Assembly (NCBI GenBank): GCA_050288105.1
Contig: JBNKDE010000014.1
Coordinates: forward strand, 10,539-74,538
From: Gammaproteobacteria bacterium
GTDB lineage: Bacteria > Pseudomonadota > Gammaproteobacteria > GCA-001735895
DNA length: 64,000 nt
Reading direction: 5' to 3'
Shown here: piece after piece, positions 1 through 10,618 of the stretch
Layout: the number at the start of each line of letters is the position of its first letter
Position numbering within the stretch: position 1 is the stretch's first letter
Notes under the pieces: model-generated
What the model was told of the DNA's origin: nothing
What the model saw: the letters and a program-made list of their open reading frames with translations, nothing else
The model's database searches: none
Made by a program: the position numbers and the translations under genes

Positions 1-399
1 TTTCCTCATTATCTTTTCAGGTATGGCTACTGGTGCAAATCTATCCGCTGAAACACAACCGACCTTTACTTCGGCCTGGTTCACCAGTATTTTTTGATCG
101 CCCCTTTGTATATAAATGGCCTGATCGAAAATCAGGCTGACTTTTTTTAATCTCTTTATCTGACTTTGCACCAGCAGTAATTCATTGAATCTAGCTGCCT
201 GTTTAAAATCAACGCTTATATTACGTACTACAAACACGATGTTCTGGCGCAGCAACTCATCCTGCTCAAAACCCAGAGTGCGTAAAAATTCGGTACGCCC
301 GCGTTCATAAAAATTCAGGTAATTGGAATGATAGACAACACCACCCGCATCAGTGTCTTCAAAATAAACCCGACATTCCAGAGTCTGACCAGCTGACAC
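1..399 (-). CDS. ybgC: Acyl-CoA thioesterase YbgC (4HBT family), partial; 3' end at or just beyond the window edge
   Basis: This gene is not in the supplied ORF track because it runs off the window edge. My reverse-strand translation of 399->1 reads [44 protein letters not shown]..., which carries the YbgC/4HBT signature. A GTG start at 399 overlaps the ruvB stop (TAGTG). The position downstream of ruvB is the classic one for ybgC. Confidence 0.7.
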   Translation of the reverse strand, partial: MSAGQTLECRVYFEDTDAGGVVYHSNYLNFYERGRTEFLRTLGFEQDELLRQNIVFVVRNISVDFKQAARFNELLLVQSQIKRLKKVSLIFDQAIYIQRGDQKILVNQAEVKVGCVSADRFAPVAIPEKIMRK

Positions 400-1424
400 T
401 AAAATAATTCTCCATTGTTATGTGACTTTTTCACATCTAAACCGAAATGTGTATAGGCATGCGAGGTGACCAGCCTTCCTCTGGGTGTGCGCATCATAAA
501 ACCCTGCTGAATAAGAAAGGGTTCGATGACATCCTCTATCGTTCCTCGTTCTTCACCGATGGCAGCAGCCAAACTTTCTACGCCTACCGGGCCACCATCA
601 AATTTCTCGATCATGGCAAGGATCAGGCGCCTGTCCATGTGATCAAGCCCGCACTGGTCAACCTTCAGCATATTCAATGCATCGGCTGCAACCTTTTTAT
701 CTATCACACCATCGGCTTTCACTTCGGCATAATCGCGTGCACGACGTAACAAACGATTAGCGATACGCGGCGTACCTCGTGATCGACTCGCAATTTCTTT
801 TGCACCTGCTACTTCCAGCTGGATCTGTAGCAGACTGGATGAACGAGACACTATACTCGCCAGGTCATCCACATTATAAAACTCCAGGCGCTGTACAATT
901 CCGAAGCGGTCACGCAGGGGCGAGGTTAACAGACCCGCTCGTGTAGTCGCTCCAACCAACGTAAAAGGGGGCAGATCAAGTTTGATAGAGCGTGCCGCAG
1001 GGCCTTCACCAATCATGATATCCAGCTGATAATCTTCCATTGCTGGATACAGAATTTCTTCCACCACCGGGCTCAGGCGATGAATCTCATCAATGAATAA
1101 AACATCATTCGGTTCCAGGTTGGTCAGCAGTGCGGCAAGATCACCGGCTTTCTCCAGTACCGGACCGGAAGTCTGGCGCAGGTTTACCTGCATTTCATTC
1201 GCAATAATATGCGAGAGCGTCGTCTTACCCAGGCCCGGCGGGCCAAATATCAAAACATGATCCAGTGCTTCCCGGCGTTTACGTGCTGCCGAAATAAAAA
1301 TTTCCATCTGCTCACTGACCTGGGGCTGGCCGACGTAATCAGCGAGCATACGAGGTCTCAGCGCACGTTCCTGAACGGTCTCATCCAGTTCCAGCGAGGC
1401 ATCAATTAATCGTTTGTCATTCAT
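399..1424 (-). CDS. ruvB: Holliday junction branch migration helicase RuvB
   Basis: 341 aa with Walker [10 protein letters not shown] and Walker B FIDEIH, and an AAA+ plus winged-helix layout. It abuts ruvA, sharing nt 1424. Confidence 0.97.
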   Translation of the reverse strand: MNDKRLIDASLELDETVQERALRPRMLADYVGQPQVSEQMEIFISAARKRREALDHVLIFGPPGLGKTTLSHIIANEMQVNLRQTSGPVLEKAGDLAALLTNLEPNDVLFIDEIHRLSPVVEEILYPAMEDYQLDIMIGEGPAARSIKLDLPPFTLVGATTRAGLLTSPLRDRFGIVQRLEFYNVDDLASIVSRSSSLLQIQLEVAGAKEIASRSRGTPRIANRLLRRARDYAEVKADGVIDKKVAADALNMLKVDQCGLDHMDRRLILAMIEKFDGGPVGVESLAAAIGEERGTIEDVIEPFLIQQGFMMRTPRGRLVTSHAYTHFGLDVKKSHNNGELF

Positions 1425-2035
1425 CAGGATTTAACCGCATTCTGTAAAGCCTGCTTGATCAAAGCACCAGCGCTATTTTCATCAGCACTTTGCGCCGCGG
1501 TTTTAACCATTTTGAGGGCGTCTGCAGGTTTATACCCCAGCGCCTGTAAAGCCTCTACCGCTTCATTCATGGGCGCTGACGAGGATCCAGCCAGGCTGGG
1601 CACAGTAGCGCTACCCGCTGACAGTGAGGAAATACCATCAACTTTATCCCGCATTTCAATAATCAGTCTTTCCGCAGTTTTTTTACCCACCCCCGGTAAT
1701 CGGGTCAAAGTCGCCACATCTCCCGACTGCACACAAAGTGCAAAATCCATATCGGAGATTCCTGACAGTATCGTTAATGCCATTTTTGGCCCTACCCCGT
1801 TAACCTTGATAAGCTGTCTAAATAACTGTCGTTCCTGCTCTGAATAAAAACCAACCAGGGAATGCTGGTCATCCTTAATGATTAAATGAGTCCACAGAGA
1901 AACCGCATCGCCCTGTCCGGGTAACTGGTAAAAAGTCGTCATTGAGACATCAACCTCGTAGCCCACGCCCTGACAGTCTATCAAGACCTGCGGCGCTCGC
2001 TTGATGGCAAGCATGCCATTTAACCGACCAATCAT
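1424..2035 (-). CDS. ruvA: Holliday junction DNA-binding protein RuvA
   Basis: 203 aa starting MIGRLNG, with HhH motifs ([22 protein letters not shown]). It lies between ruvC and ruvB. Confidence 0.95.
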   Translation of the reverse strand: MIGRLNGMLAIKRAPQVLIDCQGVGYEVDVSMTTFYQLPGQGDAVSLWTHLIIKDDQHSLVGFYSEQERQLFRQLIKVNGVGPKMALTILSGISDMDFALCVQSGDVATLTRLPGVGKKTAERLIIEMRDKVDGISSLSAGSATVPSLAGSSSAPMNEAVEALQALGYKPADALKMVKTAAQSADENSAGALIKQALQNAVKS

Positions 2036-2556
2036 CTACGCGTTCTCCGATTTCTTGAAAAGGCTTTTGCCGGGATACCCGTTTTATCCTGCATCGATTG
2101 ATGCTGTGCATGACAGATGGCAATCGCGAGAGCATCAGCTTCATCTGATTGCAATTCCTGGCGTAAACCGAGTAAGCGTAAAACCATATGCTGCACCTGT
2201 TGTTTGAGGGCACCACCCTTACCAACGATAGTGAGTTTAATTTCGCGTGGGGCATATTCAAATACCTCAACCCCTGCCTGGTAGCCTGCACAGATAGCTG
2301 CACCACGAGCCTGACCAAGTTTCAACGCTGAGTCTGCATTTTTATGCATGAAAACGCTTTCAACACCCATTTGCTGGGGCTGATACTGTTCGATAATCAC
2401 ACTGAGTTGCTGGAAGATATTACCCAGCTTCTGGGGTAAGGTATCCCCTGCGACCTTGATATACCCGCTATCCAGGTATTCCATCTTATTTGAAAGGTTG
2501 CGAATCAGCCCATAGCCGGTAACTCGCGAACCCGGATCGATTCCCAGGATGATCAT
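2032..2556 (-). CDS. ruvC: Crossover junction endodeoxyribonuclease RuvC
   Basis: 174 aa starting MIILGIDPGSRVTGYG (RNase H-fold catalytic Asp). It overlaps the ruvA start by 4 nt. Confidence 0.95.
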   Translation of the reverse strand: MIILGIDPGSRVTGYGLIRNLSNKMEYLDSGYIKVAGDTLPQKLGNIFQQLSVIIEQYQPQQMGVESVFMHKNADSALKLGQARGAAICAGYQAGVEVFEYAPREIKLTIVGKGGALKQQVQHMVLRLLGLRQELQSDEADALAIAICHAQHQSMQDKTGIPAKAFSRNRRTRR

Positions 2557-2689
2557 GATTGGTTGTCGTATTTACTACTCATTATCACAGCAATAGTCGT
2601 TTGCTAAAAATGCGCATATGTTAGCACTTTTAACGAGTTGCTGTAGACCGATTAGAAATAGTTTAATGCGACCGGATTAAGGGCCGGAT

Positions 2690-3355
2690 TTACCAGCCAG
2701 GGGGAAGCTTTTTCTCAATGGTAATTTGCTTACCTTCGATGGAGATATAACCGCCGGTTTTTAACTCCTTAAGGATACGATGCACCATCTCTCGTGTTGC
2801 ACCCACACGCAATGCAATATCCTGTTGGGTCAGCTTTTCCGTTACCAGCTTATCGCCCACTTTTTCAGCGTGCTTATACAGAATCCTGACCACGCGGTTA
2901 TATACATCTTCCAGCGCCAGGCTACTGACTTCCTCGGTAAGATCCTGAATCAGGCTGATCAGACGATCAATAATGCGCATACTAATCGTTGGCTTGGTTA
3001 GCAGGGTATCCATAAAAACCTGGCGGGAGATTACTGCCATTATCGACTTTTCGGTAGTGATAATACTCGCCTGTCGGGGAATACCACCAAGAGGAGCCAG
3101 CTCACCAAAAGAATCACACTCGCCCAGCGAATTTATAATGATTTCCTTACCCTTCTCGTTTTGCAGAAAAACATCAACCTTACCGCTGATGATCACATAT
3201 AAAGAGTCCGTTTCATCACCCTGGGTTACGACAACGGTATTTTTGGGATATTCTCGTGTAACAACCTGAGTTGCAATATGTTCAAGATCTTTCTGATCCA
3301 ATCCCTCAAATAATGAGTTATTTTTAAATGTTTCAATTACTTCATTCATTGTCAA
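2690..3355 (-). CDS. Crp/Fnr-family transcriptional regulator (cNMP-binding domain plus C-terminal HTH)
   Basis: 221 aa with a cNMP-binding beta-roll (FGELA...RQASI) and a C-terminal HTH (TQQDIALRVGATREMVHRILKEL). It lacks the Fnr-type N-terminal Cys cluster. Confidence 0.85.
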   Translation of the reverse strand: MTMNEVIETFKNNSLFEGLDQKDLEHIATQVVTREYPKNTVVVTQGDETDSLYVIISGKVDVFLQNEKGKEIIINSLGECDSFGELAPLGGIPRQASIITTEKSIMAVISRQVFMDTLLTKPTISMRIIDRLISLIQDLTEEVSSLALEDVYNRVVRILYKHAEKVGDKLVTEKLTQQDIALRVGATREMVHRILKELKTGGYISIEGKQITIEKKLPPGW

Positions 3356-3423
3356 GGATACCTGTAATAGTGAATCGAGAAACCATCGACCACTTTTTTA
3401 ATTTTTAGTATGTAACTATCAGG

Positions 3424-4968
3424 TCAGCCAGAATACTTTTCCAGTAACAGAGAGGTACCTTTCATCTCTTCCGGCTGAGCTATACCCATTAATTGTAGTA
3501 GAGTTGGCGCAATAGCAGACAAATTTTCTCCTGTTGTCAGGCGCCATGGTACTTCATCAATGACCAGACAGGGAACAGGATAGATCGTATGCTGAGTATG
3601 CGGCTCTCCGGTTACAGGGTCGACCATTTCATCACAGTTACCATGATCAGCGGTCAATATAACGGAATAACCCTCTTCTACCGCTACGTCCAGAACCCGT
3701 CCAACCTCTTTATCCAGAGTTTCTACTGCTTTTATCACCGCGTCGCGTACGGCAGTATGTCCGACCATATCACCATTCGCAAAGTTCACTACCAGAAAGC
3801 TGTAATCGTGCGATTTTAATGCCACGATCATTTCATCTGCTACCTTCTCAGCACTCATTTCCGGCATTAAATCGTAGGTAGAGACGTCAGGGGACTGGAT
3901 CATATTCCGATCCTCACCTGGAAAGCGATGCTCGCGTCCACCGTTAAAGAAAAATGTCACATGTGCATATTTCTCTGTTTCTGCGCAATGAAACTGCTTA
4001 AAACCGGACTGACTGATAATACTACCCAGTGTTACTTTGGGCCGCTCAGGAGGATAGGCAATAGGTGTCAGGAACTCGGGATCATATTGCGTCATACAGG
4101 TAACCGTAATCGGCTCATAATCGCCACGATCAAAACAGCTGAACTCACCATGACTCAACGCGGCTGTTAACTGGCGCGAGCGGTCATTACGAAAGTTAAA
4201 AAAGATCAGCTCATCACCTTTTTTAACAGGGATAAAATCTGGCATCACGGTGGGCTTGATAAACTCATCGGTTTCACCTGCTTCGTAGGCATCGTGCAAG
4301 GCCAGGGTGATATTTTTAGCCTGATTGCCTTCTCCGTGCACCATTGCTCGCCAGGACAGTTCGGTGCGATTCCAGCGGCGATCTCTATCCATTGCATAAT
4401 AGCGACCATGTAAAGTGCCGATGACCCCGCCATATTCGGAAAGCGCCAGCTCCAGATCGTGTAAAAAACTCATCGCAGACTTTGGCGGTGTATCACGCCC
4501 ATCGGTAATCAGGTGTACCTGAGGCAATACCCCATGCATAGAGCACAGCTTAATCAGCGCCAGCAGATGATTCAGATGGCTGTGCACCCCGCCATCAGAA
4601 ACCAGCCCTATCAGGTGTAACGGCCGCTCCGATTTCCTGGCATGATCAATCGCCGACAAAAAGGCAGGGTTGGAAAAAAAGCTTCCTTCTTTGATCGCAT
4701 CATCAATACGAACCAGATCCTGCTTTACAATCGACCCACAACCAATCGTCATATGGCCTACTTCTGAATTTCCCATTTGTCCTACTGGCAACCCCACCCC
4801 ACGGCCTGAGGCCTCAAGTGCGGTATGTGGATAGGAGGAAAAATAACGGTCCAGGTTGGGTGTATTAGCTTCGATTACCGCATTATTCACCTTGCTTGGA
4901 TTCAAGCCGAATCCATCCATGATAATTAAAACGGCTGGTCTACGCGGGACGGATCTCGCTTCTGGCAT
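3424..4968 (-). CDS. gpmI: 2,3-bisphosphoglycerate-independent phosphoglycerate mutase
   Basis: 514 aa with iPGM motifs (ILDGFG-like IMDGFG, NSEVGH, DGGVHSH, ADHGN). Confidence 0.95.
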   Translation of the reverse strand: MPEARSVPRRPAVLIIMDGFGLNPSKVNNAVIEANTPNLDRYFSSYPHTALEASGRGVGLPVGQMGNSEVGHMTIGCGSIVKQDLVRIDDAIKEGSFFSNPAFLSAIDHARKSERPLHLIGLVSDGGVHSHLNHLLALIKLCSMHGVLPQVHLITDGRDTPPKSAMSFLHDLELALSEYGGVIGTLHGRYYAMDRDRRWNRTELSWRAMVHGEGNQAKNITLALHDAYEAGETDEFIKPTVMPDFIPVKKGDELIFFNFRNDRSRQLTAALSHGEFSCFDRGDYEPITVTCMTQYDPEFLTPIAYPPERPKVTLGSIISQSGFKQFHCAETEKYAHVTFFFNGGREHRFPGEDRNMIQSPDVSTYDLMPEMSAEKVADEMIVALKSHDYSFLVVNFANGDMVGHTAVRDAVIKAVETLDKEVGRVLDVAVEEGYSVILTADHGNCDEMVDPVTGEPHTQHTIYPVPCLVIDEVPWRLTTGENLSAIAPTLLQLMGIAQPEEMKGTSLLLEKYSG

Positions 4969-5148
4969 TGATAAAACTCTTATTTATAGTCGACTTAAAT
5001 GAGCAGCCATTATACACCAATCGTCAGACTCTGTGAGCACACATATATCGGGAAATTTTTGCCTGATAATGGTGAATTTATTTAACACCGTAATTTGAAC
5101 AGCAGTTCTCGCGATACAAACATTCAACCCTAAATGCGTGTTACCAGT

Positions 5149-5673
5149 TCAGGCAAAGGTATCCAGTTGATTACCCAGTCTGGCATCTTCAGCAGCAGAT
5201 TGCTGAACTGTCGCCGACCTGGCTTGCTGAATCATGGAAGTTGCAACTGCAGCTACCTGCCGATCCTGTACTGAAGGGTTGACGGGTGCCAGAGCCGCCC
5301 TGAGAATGACCTGTGCCTTCACCAGAGTAGACTGCGGATCTCCTGGGATCTCACTGGTATCAATACTTACCTCACCCGAGGTTGCATAATTACGCCCGTC
5401 GGAGCCTCTTTCATATTGAAATCTCGCTCCTGAGGTAACGTAACGCCCACCCACGCTCTGGTGTGCAAGTTCATGCGCCCGTACAGCTCGATCAATCGCC
5501 CTTAATTGCTGTAACTGGCGCTGTTCATTAAATTTATTTTCAGCCTCGGCTGCTCGGGAAGATTCGCTGGGCTGAGTGGAAGTTTTATTATCGCTGGAGG
5601 GGTCAGATTTTGACCGAAAAGAGCTATTGGGCTGGTATGAAGTTAGATGACTGGAAGCATTGATTTGCATCAC
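5149..5673 (-). CDS. SprA-related family protein (putative HExxH metalloprotease, CJM1_0395-like)
   Basis: 174 aa. The N-terminal half is low-complexity and Ser/Gln-rich. It is followed by AHELAH (HExxH) and then GGRY..GA.F.YE.G.DG..YA..GEVSIDTS..PGDP..T, as I remember for the SprA-related family. No signal peptide is seen. Confidence 0.6.
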   Translation of the reverse strand: MMQINASSHLTSYQPNSSFRSKSDPSSDNKTSTQPSESSRAAEAENKFNEQRQLQQLRAIDRAVRAHELAHQSVGGRYVTSGARFQYERGSDGRNYATSGEVSIDTSEIPGDPQSTLVKAQVILRAALAPVNPSVQDRQVAAVATSMIQQARSATVQQSAAEDARLGNQLDTFA

Positions 5674-5691
5674 CCGTCTCTCTAGTCATAT

Positions 5692-5940
5692 TCAGGCCTG
5701 CACATCTAATAAGGTACCGATGCGTTCACCTGCCGCCTGTAAAGAACGTGCATTAGATTGCAGACTATTAACAATTTCGGTTTGTTCAGTGGTTGCTCTA
5801 TCCTGAGTCTGGATATCACGCGCGCGGGTAGATTCAGTACTTGCAACAGCACTAACATTCTGCTCAGGGTTCTGGCGTAGCGCCCTTACCCCTTGATAGG
5901 CGGCTGATACGGAACTTGAAATCTCCATTCCCATTCTCAA
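5692..5940 (-). CDS. Small hypothetical protein (82 aa) immediately upstream of the SprA-related gene
   Basis: An ORF with an 18-nt gap to the next gene on the same strand. It is polar and low-complexity, and I recognise no family. Coding status is uncertain. Confidence 0.35.
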   Translation of the reverse strand: MRMGMEISSSVSAAYQGVRALRQNPEQNVSAVASTESTRARDIQTQDRATTEQTEIVNSLQSNARSLQAAGERIGTLLDVQA

Positions 5941-6095
5941 AACAATTGTTGTTATTTGAATTCTAGCAAAAACGGTTAGTTAACCGCAAAAAACCATAGA
6001 GAATGGGGCCTAAATTACCGATTTAACCGATAAACGGTATAAAGAATCTGAAAAACAGCCGGTATTGACATCCTGATCACGAATGTTAACCGATA

Positions 6096-6626
6096 TTAAT
6101 AAGCAAGCTCGGAGTTTGCCGCCTGAAGTGCAGCCTGGGAGATTTTAAATTGCTGGTAATCATGCCTTAGCGCGGAAAGCTTTGCTGGCAACCCATACAT
6201 CAAACGGACTTTATAGCGCGACCAGTCCTGATATAGCCAGATCTGCACACCATCAGCTTGCCATTTATACTGAGCATCTGAGTGATACTTTGCACGGGTT
6301 TTCTGTGGTTTTCCGTATTTTGCAGTAAGCATCTTCAACAGCCCAGACTGGTCTAGACCGTCAAATGTGTACTCTGCAAACGCTATCTGATTGTCTTTCT
6401 TTTCATAGCCCAAATAGAGCCTCGAAGAGCCCGGCAATAACTTTTGACTATCATACTCATCAAAAAAGCCATCTTTTCCGGCTTCTTTTACCAGAATTGC
6501 TCCATTTTGCTTTACCGCGTTACGCATCGTATCCCGTGTTGCCTGCTGCAGATCTACACCAAACAGGGAGACCGCAAAAACTGGGGAAGAAAAAATAATA
6601 AGCGCGAACAGAGAGATCCTAAACAT
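6096..6626 (-). CDS. Secreted hypothetical protein
   Basis: 176 aa with an N-terminal signal peptide (MFRISLFALIIFSSPVFA). I recognise no family. Confidence 0.5.
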   Translation of the reverse strand: MFRISLFALIIFSSPVFAVSLFGVDLQQATRDTMRNAVKQNGAILVKEAGKDGFFDEYDSQKLLPGSSRLYLGYEKKDNQIAFAEYTFDGLDQSGLLKMLTAKYGKPQKTRAKYHSDAQYKWQADGVQIWLYQDWSRYKVRLMYGLPAKLSALRHDYQQFKISQAALQAANSELAY

Positions 6627-6707
6627 TTCAGCCTGCCGTTAATCCGATATCTCTTGTATCGGCACCCAGACTGAATCTTGAATCAACCAGTCGCTTCCTG
6701 TTTACGC

Positions 6708-7817
6708 TCAGGGCCCGAGATCTTCGGGGTCAGGAGGTGCAGATTTAGTCTTTTTTGAGGTATCTTCCATTGTTTCCTCTGCAGGGGAACTCTCGTCAGA
6801 AGCACCGGATTCATCCTGCTCCGCGTCTGCAGCCGTAGAGCTCTCACCAGTGCTATCATCGAACTCATCTTCAGCATCCAGGCGATCCAGTTCGGCATCC
6901 ATTTCTTCCTCGGTCAGAGGCTGATACTCCTGGTCACTGCTATCCAGGCCTGCTTCAGCGGGATCATCAATCACTTCGTAATCATCACCATAAGCTGAGC
7001 TTGCCGCATAGGCCTTTTCCTGCTCGGCTTCCTCGGCAGCCATTTCTGCTTCTTCCTGTTCCTGCTGCTTTAGACGCTCTGCAAACAGGTGGGCAGAAGC
7101 AATCACCCCGGCTTCGAACAATAGCCACATAGGGAAAGCCAGCAATACCTGCGAAATCACGTCAGGAGGCGTTAACAACATACCAATAACGAACGCCGCC
7201 ACAATCACATAAGGACGTTTTTCTGCCAGCTTCTGCGGTGTGGTCATACCCATAGCGACCAGCAGTATTGTTGCAATCGGCACCTCAAAGGCAATACCAA
7301 AACCCAGAAACAGCGATAACACAAAATCAAGGTAGCGACCAATATCGGTAGAGATACTGACAATCTCCGGCCCAACCGAGGTAAAGAACCCGAATACCAG
7401 CGGGAAAACCACGTAATAAGCGAACAGCATGCCGCAGTAAAACAGCACGATACTTGAAGCCAGTAACGGACCGGCCAGCCTTTTTTCGTGCTTGTACAGG
7501 CCCGGTGCGATAAAGCCCCAGATTTGATACAGGATAAATGGCATCGCAAGAAAAACCGATAACATGAGCACCAGTTTGAATGGCGTCAGAAACGGTGATG
7601 CCACATCAATGGCGATCATCTTGGAGCCTTCAGGCATGTGCTGAGTTAGCGGCTCAGCCAGATAGGTGTAGATATCATTTGCCCAGTAAAACAGGCACAG
7701 GAATATGAACAATACCGATAACACAACACGCAGCAGCCGGTCACGTAACTCGACCAGATGAGACATAAAGCTCATCGAACTGGATTCTTCGACGTTATCT
7801 GGATTTGTTTCTGACAT
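6708..7817 (-). CDS. tatC: Twin-arginine translocase subunit TatC with a long acidic C-terminal extension
   Basis: 369 aa. Residues 1-247 form a typical 6-TM TatC ([19 protein letters not shown]). Residues 248-369 are an Asp/Glu-rich low-complexity tail. The gene follows tatA-tatB. Confidence 0.9.
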   Translation of the reverse strand: MSETNPDNVEESSSMSFMSHLVELRDRLLRVVLSVLFIFLCLFYWANDIYTYLAEPLTQHMPEGSKMIAIDVASPFLTPFKLVLMLSVFLAMPFILYQIWGFIAPGLYKHEKRLAGPLLASSIVLFYCGMLFAYYVVFPLVFGFFTSVGPEIVSISTDIGRYLDFVLSLFLGFGIAFEVPIATILLVAMGMTTPQKLAEKRPYVIVAAFVIGMLLTPPDVISQVLLAFPMWLLFEAGVIASAHLFAERLKQQEQEEAEMAAEEAEQEKAYAASSAYGDDYEVIDDPAEAGLDSSDQEYQPLTEEEMDAELDRLDAEDEFDDSTGESSTAADAEQDESGASDESSPAEETMEDTSKKTKSAPPDPEDLGP

Positions 7818-8179
7818 TACGACTGGTTTATTTTATCTGCGGGCGCAGCTTCGGTTGAGTCCGTTTTCACCTCAGATTTGACATCGTCAACGACCTGCTC
7901 TACTTCCTTTTTGATCGCAGCCACGTCCGCATCATGACGTGTTTCATTGACAACTTCTTTCAGTGATTGCAGTTCATCCTGCTGTTGTTTGAGCATGCGC
8001 TGCAATTCGTCAGTGCGAAATTCACGTTCCACATCGGATCGAACATTCGATACAAAGCGACGCATACGAGCAACATAGGTTCCCGCTTTGCGCGCGACCG
8101 AAGGCAGACGCTCTGGCCCAATCACTAACAGTGCCACGATGCCGACGATCAGCATCTCGGCAAAACTGAAATCAAACAT
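7817..8179 (-). CDS. tatB: Twin-arginine translocase subunit TatB
   Basis: 120 aa with an N-terminal TM helix plus amphipathic helix ([26 protein letters not shown]). It lies between tatA and tatC. Confidence 0.85.
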   Translation of the reverse strand: MFDFSFAEMLIVGIVALLVIGPERLPSVARKAGTYVARMRRFVSNVRSDVEREFRTDELQRMLKQQQDELQSLKEVVNETRHDADVAAIKKEVEQVVDDVKSEVKTDSTEAAPADKINQS

Positions 8180-8185
8180 ACAGGC

Positions 8186-8398
8186 TTAAACTTTATCTTT
8201 ATCTTCGGTAGCTTTACCTTCGATCACGTTACCTTCATCCGCTGGCGATTTTTCTTCTTCTTTTACCGCCTTTTTAAAGCTGCGAATGGCGCCCCCCAGA
8301 TCGTTACCGACATTACGTAATTTTTTTGTTCCAAACAGTAAAACCACGATTGCAAGAATTAACAATAAAGACCAAATACTTATTCCACCAAATCCCAT
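8186..8398 (-). CDS. tatA: Twin-arginine translocase subunit TatA
   Basis: 70 aa with [31 protein letters not shown], the canonical TatA/E N-terminus. Confidence 0.9.
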   Translation of the reverse strand: MGFGGISIWSLLLILAIVVLLFGTKKLRNVGNDLGGAIRSFKKAVKEEEKSPADEGNVIEGKATEDKDKV

Positions 8399-8401
8399 AT
8401 A

Positions 8402-8731
8402 TCACCTCGTTGAATGTTTTCTGGACGCTTTTTCTTCCAGTCCGGAGAGACCAAAACGTCGCTCTAGTTCTTGTAATACCTGATCCGCTGATAAGCCACT
8501 ATGCGCCAGCAGAACAAGGCAATGAAACCATAAATCGGCCATCTCATAGATGATCTGTTCATCATTACCGCCTTTTGCAGCGATGATGGTTTCAGCAGAT
8601 TCTTCGCCGATCTTTTTTAAAATGTTATCCAGGCCCTTGGCATACAGACTGGCCACATAGGATGAACCAGGCTCAGCCTGCTTACGCTCTTCAAGCACCT
8701 GCATCAATTGTGCGAGTATATCATCACTCAT
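8402..8731 (-). CDS. hisE: Phosphoribosyl-ATP pyrophosphatase
   Basis: 109 aa of MazG-like HisE ([22 protein letters not shown]). It overlaps the hisI stop by 4 nt. Confidence 0.9.
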   Translation of the reverse strand: MSDDILAQLMQVLEERKQAEPGSSYVASLYAKGLDNILKKIGEESAETIIAAKGGNDEQIIYEMADLWFHCLVLLAHSGLSADQVLQELERRFGLSGLEEKASRKHSTR

Positions 8732-9111
8732 TTATAAATCTCTGCTGGATCTTTAATAACCGCTTCATCGGTAACCCAGCTTCCGTTTTCAAGTACACGA
8801 AAGAAACAACGCTTTCTACCCGTATGGCAGGCGATACCGCCAATTTGTTCAACCTGCAATAAAACTACATCAGCATCGCAATCAATGCGTATTTCTTTCA
8901 GTTTCTGCACATGCCCTGATTCTTCACCTTTAAACCAGAGCTTCTGGCGTGAGCGCGACCAGTAAACGGCCTGTTGTTTTTCGATTGTTAACGCCAGCGA
9001 ATCCCGGTTCATCCACGCCATCATCAGAATCTCTCCTGACTGCGCATCCTGAGCTATTGCAGGCACCAGTCCATCGTTATCCCATTTAATCTGATCCAGC
9101 GCATCGGTCAT
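8728..9111 (-). CDS. hisI: Phosphoribosyl-AMP cyclohydrolase
   Basis: 127 aa with [26 protein letters not shown] and CDADV.L..V motifs. Confidence 0.93.
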   Translation of the reverse strand: MTDALDQIKWDNDGLVPAIAQDAQSGEILMMAWMNRDSLALTIEKQQAVYWSRSRQKLWFKGEESGHVQKLKEIRIDCDADVVLLQVEQIGGIACHTGRKRCFFRVLENGSWVTDEAVIKDPAEIYK

Positions 9112-9884
9112 TAATCTCTGACCTCGATACCACAGTCCTTCATGTATTGCTTGACTTCGCTGATACGGTATTCTCCGAAATGAAAGATACTGGCTGCCAG
9201 TACCGCATCGGCTTTACCTTCCAGCACACCATCAGCCATGTGCTGTAATGTGCCGACACCACCGGATGCAATGACAGGAATTTTCACTGTTTCAGAAACC
9301 TGGCGATTGAGTTCATTATCAAATCCCTGCTTGGTTCCATCGCGATCCATACTGGTCAACAGGATTTCTCCCGCACCATACTCATCCATACGCGCGACCC
9401 ACTCCAGCGCATCAATACCTGTCGGCTTGCGCCCACCATGGGTAAATATCTCCCATCGATTATCTTCACCGGGCTGGCTAACCTTTTTCGCATCCACCGC
9501 AACCACAATACACTGTGAACCGAAGCGATCAGCTGCCTGCTTAACAAAATCCGGGTTAAAAACTGCGGCAGTGTTGATACCAACCTTATCCGCGCCGGCA
9601 TTGAGCATGCGACGCACATCATTGATTTCACGTATTCCACCACCCACTGTCAGGGGAATGAACACTTCACTGGCGACATCTTCCACCACATGTACGATGG
9701 TTTCACGATTATCAGAGCTGGCAGTAATATCGAGGAAGGTAATTTCATCGGCACCTTCCAGATTATAGCGACGTGCATTTTCTACCGGATCCCCTGCGTC
9801 TCGTATTTCGACGAATTTAACGCCCTTGACCACGCGACCATTGTCAACATCAAGGCAGGGAATAATACGTTTTGCCAGTGACAT
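9111..9884 (-). CDS. hisF: Imidazole glycerol phosphate synthase cyclase subunit
   Basis: 257 aa with [17 protein letters not shown] and ASGG.G motifs. Confidence 0.97.
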   Translation of the reverse strand: MSLAKRIIPCLDVDNGRVVKGVKFVEIRDAGDPVENARRYNLEGADEITFLDITASSDNRETIVHVVEDVASEVFIPLTVGGGIREINDVRRMLNAGADKVGINTAAVFNPDFVKQAADRFGSQCIVVAVDAKKVSQPGEDNRWEIFTHGGRKPTGIDALEWVARMDEYGAGEILLTSMDRDGTKQGFDNELNRQVSETVKIPVIASGGVGTLQHMADGVLEGKADAVLAASIFHFGEYRISEVKQYMKDCGIEVRD

Positions 9885-9886
9885 GC

Positions 9887-10618
9887 TTAATGTCCGTCGA
9901 TATAACTTTGTGCTTCGCTTAGATTAATGGTGCGTTCGTACAACGCTCGCCCAATAATCACGCCTTCAATGCCCGAGCTTTTAACTTCATTCAGACGCTT
10001 GATATCGTCCAGGTCAGTGACCCCTCCAGAGGCAATCACCGGAATTGAAATTGCTTCAGCCAACTGGCGAGTCGCGTCAACGTTTACGCCCTGCATCATG
10101 CCGTCACGACTGATGTCGGTATATACAATACTGGCTACACCCTGGTCCTCAAACCGGATTGCAAGATCCAGCGCTGAGTGGCCGGATGATTCAGCCCAGC
10201 CCTGCACGGCCACCATACCATTCTTGGCGTCTATGCCAACGATCACATGGCCAGGAAACTCTGCACATAACTCGGTGACAAACTCAGGATTTTTAACCGC
10301 CTGGGTGCCAATGATGACGTATTCCACGCCTGCAGCCAGATAGGCTTCAACGGTTTCCACGGTTCGGATCCCCCCTCCAATCTGGATCGGAAGCTCCGGA
10401 AAAGCAGAAGATATACTTTCGATAACATCCGCATTCACCGGCTTACCTTCAAACGCACCATCCAGATCAACCAGATGCAGCCGTTTGGCACCTTGCATAA
10501 CCCACTTTTCCGCCATCGCGACTGGATCATCAGAGAAAACCGTACTGTCTTCCATATTGCCCTGGCGCAAGCGTACGCATTGCCCCTGTTTTAAATCAAT
10601 CGCTGGTATCAAGATCAT
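9887..10618 (-). CDS. hisA: ProFAR isomerase HisA
   Basis: The protein reads [17 protein letters not shown].... I prefer the ATG at 10618, which forms an ATGA overlap with the hisH stop. The track ORF extends to 10633. Confidence 0.95.
   Translation of the reverse strand: MILIPAIDLKQGQCVRLRQGNMEDSTVFSDDPVAMAEKWVMQGAKRLHLVDLDGAFEGKPVNADVIESISSAFPELPIQIGGGIRTVETVEAYLAAGVEYVIIGTQAVKNPEFVTELCAEFPGHVIVGIDAKNGMVAVQGWAESSGHSALDLAIRFEDQGVASIVYTDISRDGMMQGVNVDATRQLAEAISIPVIASGGVTDLDDIKRLNEVKSSGIEGVIIGRALYERTINLSEAQSYIDGH

Noticed and set aside
6011-6033. A sigma28 (FliA)-like element: ACCGATAA resembles the -10 box GCCGATAA, with TAAATTAC as a possible -35.
   Set aside because: The spacing between the elements is about 7 nt instead of 11, and the -35 match is poor. 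The putative promoter also points toward the 3' end of a convergently oriented gene, with nothing to transcribe.
6683-7549. Alternate-frame same-strand ORFs inside tatC (6683-6898 and 7244-7549).
   Set aside because: The TatC frame carries the conserved motifs. The alternate frames translate to Arg/Cys/Trp-rich sequences with no family resemblance.
9238-9768. A 176-aa ORF antisense to hisF. Similar long antisense or alternate-frame ORFs occur at 1455-1847, 9927-10343, 22716-23204, 34989-35354, 40903-41307, 42556-42915, 51661-52209 and 62721-63137.
   Set aside because: All lie entirely within genes that carry unmistakable conserved motifs on the other strand or in another frame. Their translations are low-complexity (Ser/Arg/Pro/Leu-rich) with no recognisable family. 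They are typical shadow ORFs.
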